Assembly: GCA_951406725.2 (NCBI GenBank)
Contig: OX597817.1
Span: forward strand, 125,054,001-125,118,000
Length of the DNA: 64,000 bases
Reading direction: 5' to 3'
Source of the DNA: Octopus vulgaris
Taxonomy: Eukaryota
In this document: positions 13,965 to 25,960 of the stretch, one piece after another
How the letters are laid out: every line of letters begins with the position of its first letter
Position numbering within the stretch: position 1 is the stretch's first letter
The notes under the pieces: generated by a model
Database searches by the model: none
Told to the model about the DNA's origin: nothing
Seen by the model: only the letters and a program-made list of their open reading frames with translations
Program-made: the position numbers and the translations under genes

Positions 13965-14665
13965 CATATACATATACATGTATATATATACATATATAAA
14001 TATACATATATATATATATGCATGCACGTGTGTGTGTGTGTGTGTGTACACATATATAAATACACACATATAGGTGTATAAGTATTTATATGTTAATGCA
14101 TACACAAACACATACATATTTACACATATACATGTAGAGGGAAATGTCTAATTCAATTCATTATAAAAGAAACTTAGTCCAACATAAAGATATGTTTTTA
14201 TTTGTATTACTTAATAATTTAACAGGAAATCACACTCTTACCTAGTTAATGGATAGCAACCTGTTGATTTCAAAAAGTTTATGAATAATAAGTCAAATCT
14301 GATGTTATCCATGAGGTAGTTGTTAATAGACATTGCAAATAAAATTCCCACAGAATATAGAAATACTCTTAAAATTCTTACATAGAGAGAAGTGTTTGTC
14401 TGTAAGAAAGAAAGTGAAAACAGTTTTTTTTTAATGTGTATGGTAGCACAAAAAGAAAACGTGTTCAATAAAGTAAAAATATTTAGGTAGAACAAATTAA
14501 TACATGAATAAATACCGAAAAAATACAATCAAATTTTACTGCTACATATAAAATGGTGAAATAACTAAATAAAAAAAGTTCAGTTTATATGATGCTCAGT
14601 GTCTTGTAGTGGAACCAATATAATTTTTATTCCTACTTAAACATGAGTGTTCTGTTAGAGCAAAC

Positions 14666-14885
14666 CACGATGGAGTGTTGCAGTTCTGTAGCTTTGGGTA
14701 GAAGAAAATACAGGAGGATCAGTTAATTATGATTCTTTTCAGCTTATTCACCTCTCAGATTCATATATTTATCACTGCAGTCCTTCAGTTTTTCTAAGCC
14801 CTGTAAAAGAACTCAGAAGGTTGGGCCTCAAACCAGGACTTTCACAATACCCTTAAAGTCAGGAACATTTCAGTATGCCCTCATA
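14666..14885 (+). mobile_element. Mariner-type MITE copy
   Basis: Colinear with 7137-7359 (GGATCAGTTAATTATGATT...CCCTGTAAAAGAACTCAGAA). Confidence 0.78.
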
Positions 14886-15528
14886 TACTGCAGGAGTTAC
14901 TTTTGATGTAAAATCCACTTTTGTTTAGATTACTATAAACAAGAGCACATTTTCCACCAAAAGGCAATATGATAGTTTTTCTCATAGTAACTACTGCAGT
15001 ATAACATGTTCTTACAGGACATCCACATTCAAGCGGTTATAAATATTACTTCTTGGTATTAATACTGATTTTGTCCCAAATGAATATTTTTTAACAAAAT
15101 ACTGGTCCCATAGCTAGATGGTAGGGGTTCACACCACTGCTTGTAATTTTATCAGATGCAGCTGTGCATTGTTAACCAGTTAGAGGAGATGTCCTCTTGG
15201 GATTAAAAACACTACAGTAAAGTCTACTCCAAGGGACAGCCCTTATAAAGTGGCTATGAATATTACATGTCAGTACAACTACTGTGTCAATCACTTCGAG
15301 AGATTTTAGAACTAGCATATTGGCTTGTAATTGTTTATATTATTGATGAAATATTTTTATCTGAGCAAATATTATGAAGAAGACAAAATTTTGAAATAAC
15401 AATTTTTAATAACAAGTGAGAAATGGAAGAGAACCAAGTTATCCAACAGGGACAAAATCAGCAACTTGACAACTTTCTAGAATTGGAATATGCTGTGGCT
15501 TAACTAATATAGAGCCATTTAAGAGAAT

Positions 15529-15872
15529 GGAAGCACTCCGTCGGTTTCAACGATGAAGGTTCCGGTAAGTGGCTGAGCATTCCACAGACACGTGCACCCT
15601 TAACGTAATTCTCGGGGATATTCAGCGTGACACAGACAGTGACAAGGCCGGCCCCTTGAAATACAGGTACAATAGAAACAGGAAGTAAGAGTGAGAGAAA
15701 GTTGTGGTGAAAGAGTACAGCAGGGATCACCACCATCCCCTGCCGGAGCCTTGTGGAGCTTTTTAGGTGTTTTCGCTCAATAAACACTCACAGCGCCCGG
15801 TCTGGGAATCGAAACCGTGATCCTATGACTGCGAGTCCGCTGCCCTAACCACTGGGCCATTGCGCCTCCACT
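15529..15872 (-). mobile_element. tRNA-derived SINE family C, full length
   Basis: Minus-strand head GGAGGCGCAATGGCCCAGTGGTTAGGGCAGCGGACTCGCAG...GTTTCGATTCCC (A and B boxes); 12-bp TSD ATTTAAGAGAAT at 15517-15528 and 15873-15884. Confidence 0.88.
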
Positions 15873-16078
15873 ATTTAAGAGAATACCTCCCCTCATATGA
15901 ATAAAAGAAATGAATTTCGTTATTTTAGTCATTTGATGAGCAAAACAAAATAGCTTATTTGGTCTTTATTTTAGTTTTGTTTTTGCCAATAATTTACATT
16001 TTATAAATGTTTTAGAAAGTTCACTGTTATGGACAGTCAGAGTGACTATTGGCTTTGTACCTATAAAGTGCTACGTCT

Positions 16079-16320
16079 ATTGTCTGTGTTTCCCCAACAA
16101 CCACCACCACCACCATCACCACCCCTGCTTAACAACTGGTGTTGGTTTACTTACATTTCTGTAACTTAGTGGATCAGCAAAAGAGATTGATACAATAAGT
16201 TCCAGCCTTAAAAATGAAAATAAAGACTCGGGTTGATCTGCATGACTAAAATTTTTCAAGGCAGTACCCCAGCATGGCTGCGGTCTAGTGACTGAAACAT
16301 GTAAAAGATAGAAGTTAAAA
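16079..16320 (+). mobile_element. SINE family A 3' half
   Basis: Homologous to about 1090-1300. Confidence 0.75.
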
Positions 16321-16799
16321 GATACATATAATTTAATATCATACCTTTTAGCATACTTTCCAAAGTTTATCCACAGATATTGGCTACGATATGCTATCAT
16401 ACTGCAGGAATTCTTCTTTTACTAGTTGCACATGTGGAAATCTATGCTAAAATATGAGTATAAAGTAATAGGAAACTAGAGATGATATGGCAATGCTCTC
16501 GAACTCACTCACCTGGAGATGTGCAGGTGCACAGTTATTGTTAGATCATATTTATGCAAGAATGTGTATAATATGTAAAAGACTGAGCAATTACCAGCTG
16601 ACACTAATGGAAAGAAACATTTGCAATGAGTTGAATTCAAGCCTGTTCATTCCATCTTCTTGTAATATAATTTTTTTTGCATACATGTATACATACATTT
16701 ATGTACATACATACATACATACATACATACATACATACATACATACATACATACATACATACATACATACATGCATGTGTAGATAGATACATACATACA

Positions 16800-17095
16800 T
16801 ACCCTCACTGGAACTTTAAAAATCTGTAAAACTTTCCAGAAGTTTGGCATTTAAATATATATGAGCATGTCTAGATATGCATGAGAATACATACATAAAG
16901 CAAAACACAAATTTGCACGCATACATAATACATACATACATACATACATACATACATACATACAAACAAGCAAACAAAAGTACCCTGTTGTTGATGTTGA
17001 AATTCCATTGAAGGAGCCTTGGGCCTAGATGGGAAGCGAGTTCTTTCTCTATTGACAAGAAATCTTGAAATAAAACTGAACAATGACATACACAC
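16800..17095 (+). mobile_element. R4/Dong-like RLE LINE extreme 3' end (copy 1)
   Basis: Colinear with 17410-17870 and with the reverse complement of 60490-60770; embedded in (TACA)n. Confidence 0.7.
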
Positions 17096-17207
17096 ATACA
17101 TGCACTCACATAAATACAAATACACACATACATACACATATACATACATACGTACATACATACACACATACATACACATATACGTATGTACATACATACA
17201 GACATAC

Positions 17208-17870
17208 ATTGCAGATCAGTGAAAAAGAGATTACCTATGCTGAACTATTGAGAAAATTGCAGTTACTCTATCCAGATTAGATGTTCAGGTTTATACCTGT
17301 AACTATTGGTGCTGTGGTATATGTAACACACTGTTTAAATACCAATTGGGAGAAATTAGGCTTCTCAAAACCAAAAAGGAGAAAGCTAATTCGAAGACTA
17401 CAGATCCAGTCCATCATTGGAACTGTAAAAGTCTGTAAAACTTTCCAGAAGTTTATTGTTTAAATATATATGAGAATGTCTAGATATGCAACTATATGCA
17501 TGAGAATACATACATAAAACAAAACATACAAACCTGCACATATGCATACATACATACATACATACATACATACATGCATACATACATATATACATACTTA
17601 TATACATCTGGCACATGTGCCAGTGGCACGTTAAAAGCACCCACTACACTCATGGAGTGGTTGGCGTTAAGAAGGGTATCCAGCTGTAGAAACACTGCCA
17701 GATCAGACTGGAGACTGACGCAGCCTCCTGGCTTCCCAGACCCTGGTCAAACCGCCCAGCCCATGCTAGCATGGAAAACGAACGTTAAACGATGATGATG
17801 ATGATGATGATACATTCATACATAGAAACAAAAATGCCCTGCTGTTGATGTTGAAATTCCAATGAAGGAA
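17208..17870 (+). mobile_element. R4/Dong-like RLE LINE 3' end (copy 2), interrupted by a (GAT)n-tailed retroposon
   Basis: YAELLRKLQLLYPD*MFRFIPVTIGAVVYV...LQIQSIIGTVKVCKTF, typical RLE C-terminus. Confidence 0.75.
17608..17811 (+). mobile_element. (GAT)n-tailed short retroposon, family D
   Basis: GTGGTTGGCGTTAAGAAGGGTATCCAGCTGTAGAAAC...CCCATGCTAGCATGGAAAAC...GTTAAACGATGATGAT; also at 19322 and 58790. Confidence 0.75.
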
Positions 17871-19321
17871 AACTGAATGCACACATGATTTTTCTTAAAT
17901 GCCACTTTCTTGGCCACATGTTTGGTTAATAAGTTACTGATTCTTGTTCTGCCACTTGATATCACACAATCAGTTGAAGATCTATAGTTGATTTTCTTCT
18001 GTATAGTTCAACTGCACCTAATTAAACATTGAAATAGGTACCAGCTACTTTAGAGGAGATTTGTTAAAAGGAGGTGATGTATATTATATATGTAATACTA
18101 TAAAAGCAAAAGTTAAGTGGATTTCTATTGTTGATAGTTTGTAATATCTCTAATTTGTAAAAATAATCATTTTATCATTTTATAAATGTGTGAACAATTA
18201 GTCTCTACTACAGTTCTGCTTAATTGAATTTGGTTCCTAATTCTATTTATCAAATATTGTACCACTTGTAAATGTACTTTAAGCTAAATGGTGTTGATAT
18301 GCAGCAATATTTTATATTATAATATAAAACATGTATATGTTAGGAAATTTAGACAGACACGCAATCAGAGATATACAAACACGCACAAACATACACTCTT
18401 AAATATACACATATTGCATGCATATCGGTATTGTATATCAAGATAGTAGGTGGAATCACAGAAGGAATGATCTGTGAAATAGCATCTTCACTATTTCATT
18501 ATCACCAAACTTTGTATTCACCAGTGACTACTCTTCTGAAGGAATTATTAACTCCTTGTGTTTGAAAGAATAGTTTATACCTCATATAAATCTGAAATCA
18601 TGTGTGTTTGTAAGAAATCAATGTATCTGGCTTGTTAGCAAACTGAACTATTTCTAGAAATAATGTGTTATTCACAATTCTAGTTTTGGCCTTTGACACA
18701 CGAAGTAATGGTAAGGAGAATCATATACTTCATTCAAATAGTGCTTCACCTGCAATGTTTTAGAAGATACAGTGTGTAAGTAACAGCAAGCCTAAAGTTA
18801 GTCCTGTAATTTATGAGTTGTTGAACCGTTAAGGATATCCTTCTAGCATTTTAATTCTTCCTTATTTGGTGGTTGATAAAAGTAAAATATTGCAATTTGA
18901 ACTGCCTTCTTCTATTAATAATTTGGACAATTTACATGTCTTGTAGTGCTCATGGTGGTGATGGTGTGTCTCATTATTCATTCTGGTATTTTATCATTCT
19001 CCAAAACTTAGTTTATGTGTAGAGAATTTGTGACGAATAAAACTGACAGAGTCGCCACATATATGCATATGTAAAGACGATATTTTTACCATTTTCATGC
19101 TGTGTATTGTGGCCATTCTGGGGCACCACCTTTTATAATATAAACAGTTGAATTGATCTTTCTACTTATTTTATAAACTTTGCAAGGAAAAAGGAGTAAA
19201 GTCAATATTGAATAAATTTGTCTGCAAGATACAGACGACAAAACCAAGAAACCCATGGTATCTAACACTCCACTGCGTCTCTCATGTATTTATAGAACTG
19301 AATAAGTGTCTTCATATATGA

Positions 19322-19760
19322 TGATCATCATCATTTAACGTCCGTTTTCCATGCTAGCATGGGTTGGATGGTTTGACCGGGGTCTGGGAAGCCAGGAGGC
19401 TGCACCAAACTCCAGCCTGATCTGGCAGTATTTCTACAGCTGGATGCCCTTCCTTATACCAACCACTCCGTGAGCGTAGTGGGTGCTTTTTACGTGCCAC
19501 TGGCACAGGTACCTGGAGAGGCTGGCAGTGGCCACAATTTGTTGGTGCTTTTTACGTACCATCGGCACGGAAGCCAGTCTCAGCAGCGCTGGCCTCGGCC
19601 ATGTTCGGATAGTGCTTTTTAAATGCCACCGCCACAAGTATCACAACTACAATTTCCATTTGATTTTTTTATTCTGATGTTGATGTACTTGACTCAATAG
19701 GTGTCCTCAAGCACAGCAGGTCACCCTCCAATCCAAGGTAAGCACAGCAGGCCATTCTGC
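19322..19760 (-). mobile_element. Family D retroposon
   Basis: Reverse complement of 17608-17811 with a longer 5' part. Confidence 0.75.
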
Positions 19761-20663
19761 GATACATGCATAAACTTATTACTTGTACAGAGTACTTTCT
19801 TCCAAGTTTTGCAACTCTTAATGTAAATGTTTATATATATGAATGCATGTATATAGCTGTGCATATGTGTGAGTGCACACACATACACACACACAATAGT
19901 ATCAGCACTAAGCAGTGGTGAGGATTAAATGAACTGTAGGTTCAGCTTCTAAAGTTTTGATGGAGAATAGCTAAATTCTAAAATCCATCATCTTCATTTC
20001 TAGACAATCATAGTTTTACCCTAAGGTTGATGTGTTGTTGGCATGTGTTACTGTGTCTTTATAAGCATGGCAAATATAACTTTACTGCTAGAATTTACTC
20101 TAATGCTAGAGTTTGACTTTCTTGATTAGATATATATGCCATCAGTCAAATCAGCCAAATGAAGAAAGACTAGATTTATAACACTAATTTATAAATATAC
20201 AAACAAACCAGATCTATATAAAACCACAAACAAACTATAAATGATCAAACTGATCATTAAATTCACTTATAAAAATGAAGATTGTAAACTTCATGACTTT
20301 AACTGTTATATAAGCTATAAATGTAACATTCTCCCACCACTTCTCCCTGTACCTACAAGGGGCAATTACATTACACAACACAATGAATTACACTACACAA
20401 CTCAAAATGAAACCATTGGACAGAAAGTTAGTGGATAACTTTTACATACTGAACATAATTCCCTACCAAAAAAAAAAAAAGAGTTAGTTATAAATGATGG
20501 ACAATACTTTTAATCAAGTTCAATACAGATAGCATACACAACCCTCAAACAAAAATAAACGTGTGACTGATTACATATAAATCCGTAGTTTAAATATTCA
20601 AATTCCATTTACATCAGTCATATGGACCCTGTCATACTTGACAACATAAGTTCATCCTGAGAA

Positions 20664-20963
20664 TGGGGAGAGTCATTTTCTTTTTGTGCCTTATAATGTA
20701 ACACGCTCACCGGTAAAATTTCCACTTATTTTTTATTTCTATTTTCCTAAAATTTTCGTTGCATATTGCAACCTTTTCAATAGTCTTGAAAATAGATGCA
20801 ATGAAAATTTTAGGAAAATAAAAATAAGAAATAAGTGGAAATTTTACTGGTGTGTATGTTACGTTATAAAGGACAAAAAGAAAATTATTCTCCCCAGACA
20901 CAACAGAATATGCTTCATCACACGAACTCATATAAAGAATCTTGCAAACCAAATCCAAAAAGG
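20664..20963. mobile_element. Fold-back PLE-type mini-element (inverted arms 20664-20764 and 20796-20896)
   Basis: Arms are diverged reverse complements; same family as 43633-43828; HHR-like motif at 20747-20783 on the minus strand. Confidence 0.75.
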
Positions 20964-21471
20964 TAATTGAATAGTAGCGTTTTCAGTACATTCTTAAAAG
21001 AAATAGTGTTTCCTTCTGTTTAATGTAATATAGCATGTATCAGATTTTCAGCACTATGACTGCAAACAGCAGTGAACAGTCTCAGTTTGTGCAATTCATT
21101 TATAACTTTATGGCCCTGGTATTACTGCATAAGTATTTTGACTTTTGGTGGCTTAATGTAGAAATGATGCCAAGGGATCTATGACAAAGTATAATGAACC
21201 ATTTATCCTTTGGTTGATGATCCAGAACTTTGTCAATTCAACCTGTCATGACTGTCAATTCATATCTGCCTTTACTCTGAAATGAAATTTCTTCCAATCA
21301 GCTGATCTTAGCATTTGCTAAGGTCAGTTATTCTTGGCTTTCTTTTAAGTTTTATTACGAGAGTATATCACTTAAGTTTGACCACTAGTTCCTGCTTATT
21401 AAATATTTTTCAATTTAAATCAATCTAATGTTGTCAGTAGACTCTGTGTGTGTGTGTGTGTGTGTATGTAC

Positions 21472-21928
21472 AGAAGCACACTCTAAAGAACAGAGCAGTA
21501 ATTATTACAAAAACTTGACAGTTTGAACATAGAGTTACCAAAGGTTTTGTGTCCACAAAGCCAAAGTCTTGTTGACAGCTCATCAGACTCTATACAAAGA
21601 CAAAAAATGTAAAGAAATGTATTTTTAAAATTTTCTTTTACTTGTTTCAGTCTTTTGACTGTGGCCATGCTGGAGCATTGCCTTAAAGGGTTTTAGTCAT
21701 ATACACAAAAATATGCATATATAGATATATATATAACAGGCTTCTTTCAATCTCCATCTATCAAATCCACTCACAAGGCTTTGGTCAGCTTGAAACTATA
21801 GTAAGAAGAGGTCATGCAGTGGAACAGAACCCAAAACTATGTAGTTTGGAAGCAAGTCGCTTACCACACAGCCATGCCTGTGCCATATATATATATATAT
21901 ACATACATATATTTATATATATATGTAT

Positions 21929-21987
<59 letters not shown>

Positions 21988-23235
21988 CATAGATAGATAG
22001 ATCAAAGCAATTTGATTCAGAACTTTGGTACTCTGAGTTTCAAGCATGTGGCTAGTCCAGTAGGAGGCTGATGTGAGGCTGAAGGATTCATCAATGAAGC
22101 CATAGTGACACCTAGACCTGTTATCTACATTACCAGCAATGTACCATCCAACAGCAATATTAGCAGGTTAACCAGATTTCATGCCAATACAATCACAACG
22201 GCCAGAGATGATGAACAGTCCAGGACCAGCTTCACAGATGATGAACAAACCATTATCATGGACACAGATAGAGTGACCAACCCCACATCATATGTTACCA
22301 CCACTACAATCACCACACCTAGAGATGATGACCAATCCAGGACCAGTAACACAGAAGAGGTATCTGGTGTTCCCAGATGATGACCAATCATTGACCCCAA
22401 TGGAATTACTGGCTCTATGCCATATATTACCACCAGCCACACCCGCACTAACGCCAGAAGCTACATCACCATATGACCAGTAGTGATAACCATGGTGATA
22501 ACATCACTGGATCATTGCACCATATCAGCAGTGTCAGCAACGGTGTTACCAACAACATCCCTTAGTCTGGAGCCTAGCAGAGATATACCAAGAGTGTGAA
22601 TATAGCCACATCCCAAGTTTGTAAATATATCGGAACAGCCAGTACATCTTTCAAACGTTGCTTCCGCAATCACCAGTTATCCTTCTGAATCCCAGAAAGA
22701 TGGTTTGTCACATCCTTGGCCCTCCATGTGTGGCACCTCAAAGATCATGGGACCCCATGTGATATTAGACGGAAAATAATAGTTCCTCCAGGGCCATATA
22801 TTAACAGGAGTGGCCATTGCAAAATTTACATTGCAGAGAGAGCTAGAATTATTAAGGACTTATACTAAACTTGGTGTGTTAAATAGTCGTAAAGTAGTAT
22901 TCTCAAAATATGTCCACTTTAAGTGCTGCCTACAGGAAAATTGGATCTCTGTTTGCTGGTTAGGCATTTTCAGGTCTATAACGGTTGTTTTATCCACCGG
23001 TTCAAGGGAGACAATCTGTCCTCATTAACATTTTTATGTTAATACATATCTTGATTTCTGAGCATTTCCTCATGTCAGCGACATAGAAAGTTTTAATTTT
23101 ATGTCTTTGGATCGAGTCTGATAAGCTGTCCACATGGCTTTGGTTTTGTGGATGCGAAATCTTTCGAACTCTATGTCCAAAATTTCAATTTTTGTTGTAA
23201 TAATAACTGCTCTATTCTTTAGAATGTGCTTCTTT
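21472..23235 (+). mobile_element. Naiad-type PLE remnant: GIY-YIG pseudogene between inverted HHR-bearing pLTRs
   Basis: About 22580-22930 translates with frameshift/stop to IYQ..SVNIATSQVCKYIGTASTSFKRCFRNHQLSF*..TSLALHVWHLKD..GHCKIYIAE; pLTR copies at 21472-21620 (-) and 23090-23235 (+) are homologous. Confidence 0.75.
21635..21885 (-). mobile_element. SINE family A (internally deleted), nested between the pLTRs
   Basis: Family A head and tail motifs on the minus strand. Confidence 0.75.
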
Positions 23236-23768
23236 TCTGATATATATTTTATTGACTATATATATGTGTATGCGTGTGTGTTCATACACATACATACACA
23301 CATACACACACTTATATCATATAGATAATATATGTGTTGTGGGGGGGGGGTTGCTCTTCCCCAAAACAAAGCTTACTGATACAAAATAAAGTGCTCGATA
23401 CATCAAGTAGTGCAGTCTGTTGTTAAGATTTTAATTTGGGACATTCACAAAAGTAATTGTTTTGAGGCAAATAGAATCTGTTAACAAACTGTGTTATAAG
23501 TAATCAAAGGAGATATTTATTGAATACATTGGGAAATGGAAGGAGATTGTGTAATAAATAAATGTTATTCCTTCCATTGTAGATTTATAATGTAATACTG
23601 TGGCTTTTGACATTTACAGCTATGCAGATCTGCTCTTCTTTTCTTTGAATATAAGCATAGACTGATGGTTGCTGCTACATACTTCATGCATACAATTAAT
23701 CACAGACACATGCATATATATGATACACACATGCACACACATACAAACACACACATACACACATGTAT

Positions 23769-23811
<43 letters not shown>

Positions 23812-23872
23812 TATATGCATTTTATGCATGCACATGCATACACAAATTTATTGAAGCTGAAAACTTCGTGAG

Positions 23873-23911
23873 CCATAACTCTGAGATTGCTATAACCCAT
23901 CATCAGATTGG
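23873..23911 (-). ncRNA. Degenerate minimal hammerhead motif
   Basis: CCAAT-CTGATGA-TGGGTTATAGC-AAT-CTCAGAG-TT-ATGG; GAAA box damaged. Confidence 0.5.
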
Positions 23912-24017
23912 GTTAGCTTTTGGAACAATAGAATTGTTTTTAAAAGTTTTGTAGAAATGAGTTGAAAAATAATCATATCTATATATAAGTAAATGTGTCC
24001 CTACCTTTGTTGGATAT

Positions 24018-24438
24018 TACTCTTTTACTCTTTTACTTGTTTCAGTCATTTGACTGTGGCCATGCTGGAGCACCACCCTTTTTTTTAATCGAGTAACTCG
24101 ACCCCGGGACTTATTCTTTGTAAGCCCTGTACTTATTCTATCGGTCTCTTTTGCCGAACTGCTAAGTGGTGTAAACATACCAGCATTAGTTGTCAAGCAA
24201 TGCTAGGGAGACAAACACAGACACACAAACACACACACACACACACACAAACACATATATATATACATATATACGACAGGCTTCTTTCAGTTTCCGTCTA
24301 CCAAATCCACTCACAGGGCATTGGTCGGCCCGGGGCTATAGCAGAAGACACTTGCCCAAGATGCCGCGCAGTGGGACTGAACCCGGAACCATGTGATTGG
24401 TTAGCAAGCTACTTACAACACAGCCACTCCTTCGCCTA
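24018..24438 (-). mobile_element. SINE family A, full length
   Basis: Reverse complement of 871-1300. Confidence 0.88.
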
Positions 24439-25652
24439 TGTATGTAACACAAAGTAAAACAACTCAAATAGTAAGAAACTGTTGGTTTTATGGTAATGGT
24501 AGCAATGGAGACAGTGGTACATATCGTTATTGCAGCAATGGGAGCCAAAGACAGTGGTAGTGATGTTGGTCTGAATAATGGTGTGTAGAGAGATATACAC
24601 AGAGAGAATGTAAAGATTCTTAGAAATGAGTTGCTGTGACATCGCTGGATCTTTAATTATCTCATTCTCTCATATCCTACGTCTGTCTGTCTGTCTCTTT
24701 CTCTCTGTTTCACTTCTCATTCACCTTTATGAACATCAGCATCATCACTACTGTTTCTGTCACCACCACCACCATCATAAAAATCAATGCTTCAGATTTT
24801 AACACAACCACTGTCATAACCATCAACAGATTTTTACATGTGTATGTATTAATATCATGTGTTTGCTGTGATGAATTTGCACATTTGTATATGAGACAAT
24901 CCATCAGCTTTTCTGTCTGAATATCAATCTGTTCGCACACACACACACACACCTACACACACATACATACACATGCACACACACATAAATGCATATACAC
25001 ACACACACACTCATACACAAAACTACATGCACATACGAGAATACATTTATACAAATTAAAACGGGATAATGCTTAGAACCATATAAACAAAAACTAGTTC
25101 TTGCAAAAGACAGATGAACCTAAAGAATCTCATAAGAGGAGATTACAGAATGTAACAAAAATATTCTGAGATAATGTAAAAGAATTCCTCAAAAAAAAAA
25201 AAAAAGAAATGGAAAAATGTGATAGAATAGAATTTGTGCTACATATTAGGTAGAACAATGAGGTATGAGAGACTCAACATGAGTCACAAGCAAAGGAAAT
25301 AAGAAATGATGGTAAACCTAGCTAAGCAGAAATGATAATCGCTGGATTGTTCTAATCATCAAAACTTCACTATGAGGAATAAGCAAGTAAAGGAACAAGC
25401 CAAAAGCATGTAGAACAAATCTGATTTCAAAATTTTAAAAGTCTCTCTCCCTTTGTCACACACTTTGTGTGTGTGTGTGTGTGTATGTGCATGCATGTGC
25501 ATGTGTGTGTGTATGTGTGTGCATGCATGCATGTGAATGTGAGTCTGCATGTGTGTGTGCATGTGCACATGTGTGTATGTGAGTGTGCACATATGCGTGT
25601 GTGTTTGTATACACACATATATATATATACACATACAAAGATGTCTGTGTAT

Positions 25653-25705
<53 letters not shown>

Positions 25706-25711
25706 TATATA

Positions 25712-25908
25712 GTCAATAATAAAAGGGTAAAATTAATTAATTATTAATTAATTTTACCAAGTAGTGTTCAGTATGTAAAAAGACCATTTACGGTATATTT
25801 AAAACATTACGTTATATAATTAGGGTTCAGTAAAATATTTTACTTTACCACACACTGAACTTTTAGAAATAGCAGCCAAAAAATCTTAGCTATTTCTTCT
25901 ACTATAAG

Positions 25909-25911
<3 letters not shown>
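25712..25911. mobile_element. TA-flanked short unit, probable PLE-type tail
   Basis: (TA)n on both sides; perfect 16-bp-arm palindrome at 25726-25758; TAGAAATAGCAGCCAAA motif shared with the 54797-55130 unit. Confidence 0.5.

Positions 25912-25958
<47 letters not shown>

Positions 25959-25960
<2 letters not shown>

Noticed and set aside
15790-15872. Functional tRNA genes at SINE heads and at 39910-39981
   Set aside because: Acceptor stems do not pair properly and the heads are fused to repeat bodies
22105-22483. Thr/Asp-rich mucin-like host exon
   Set aside because: Interrupted by stops, no convincing splice sites, and continuous with the PLE GIY-YIG remnant
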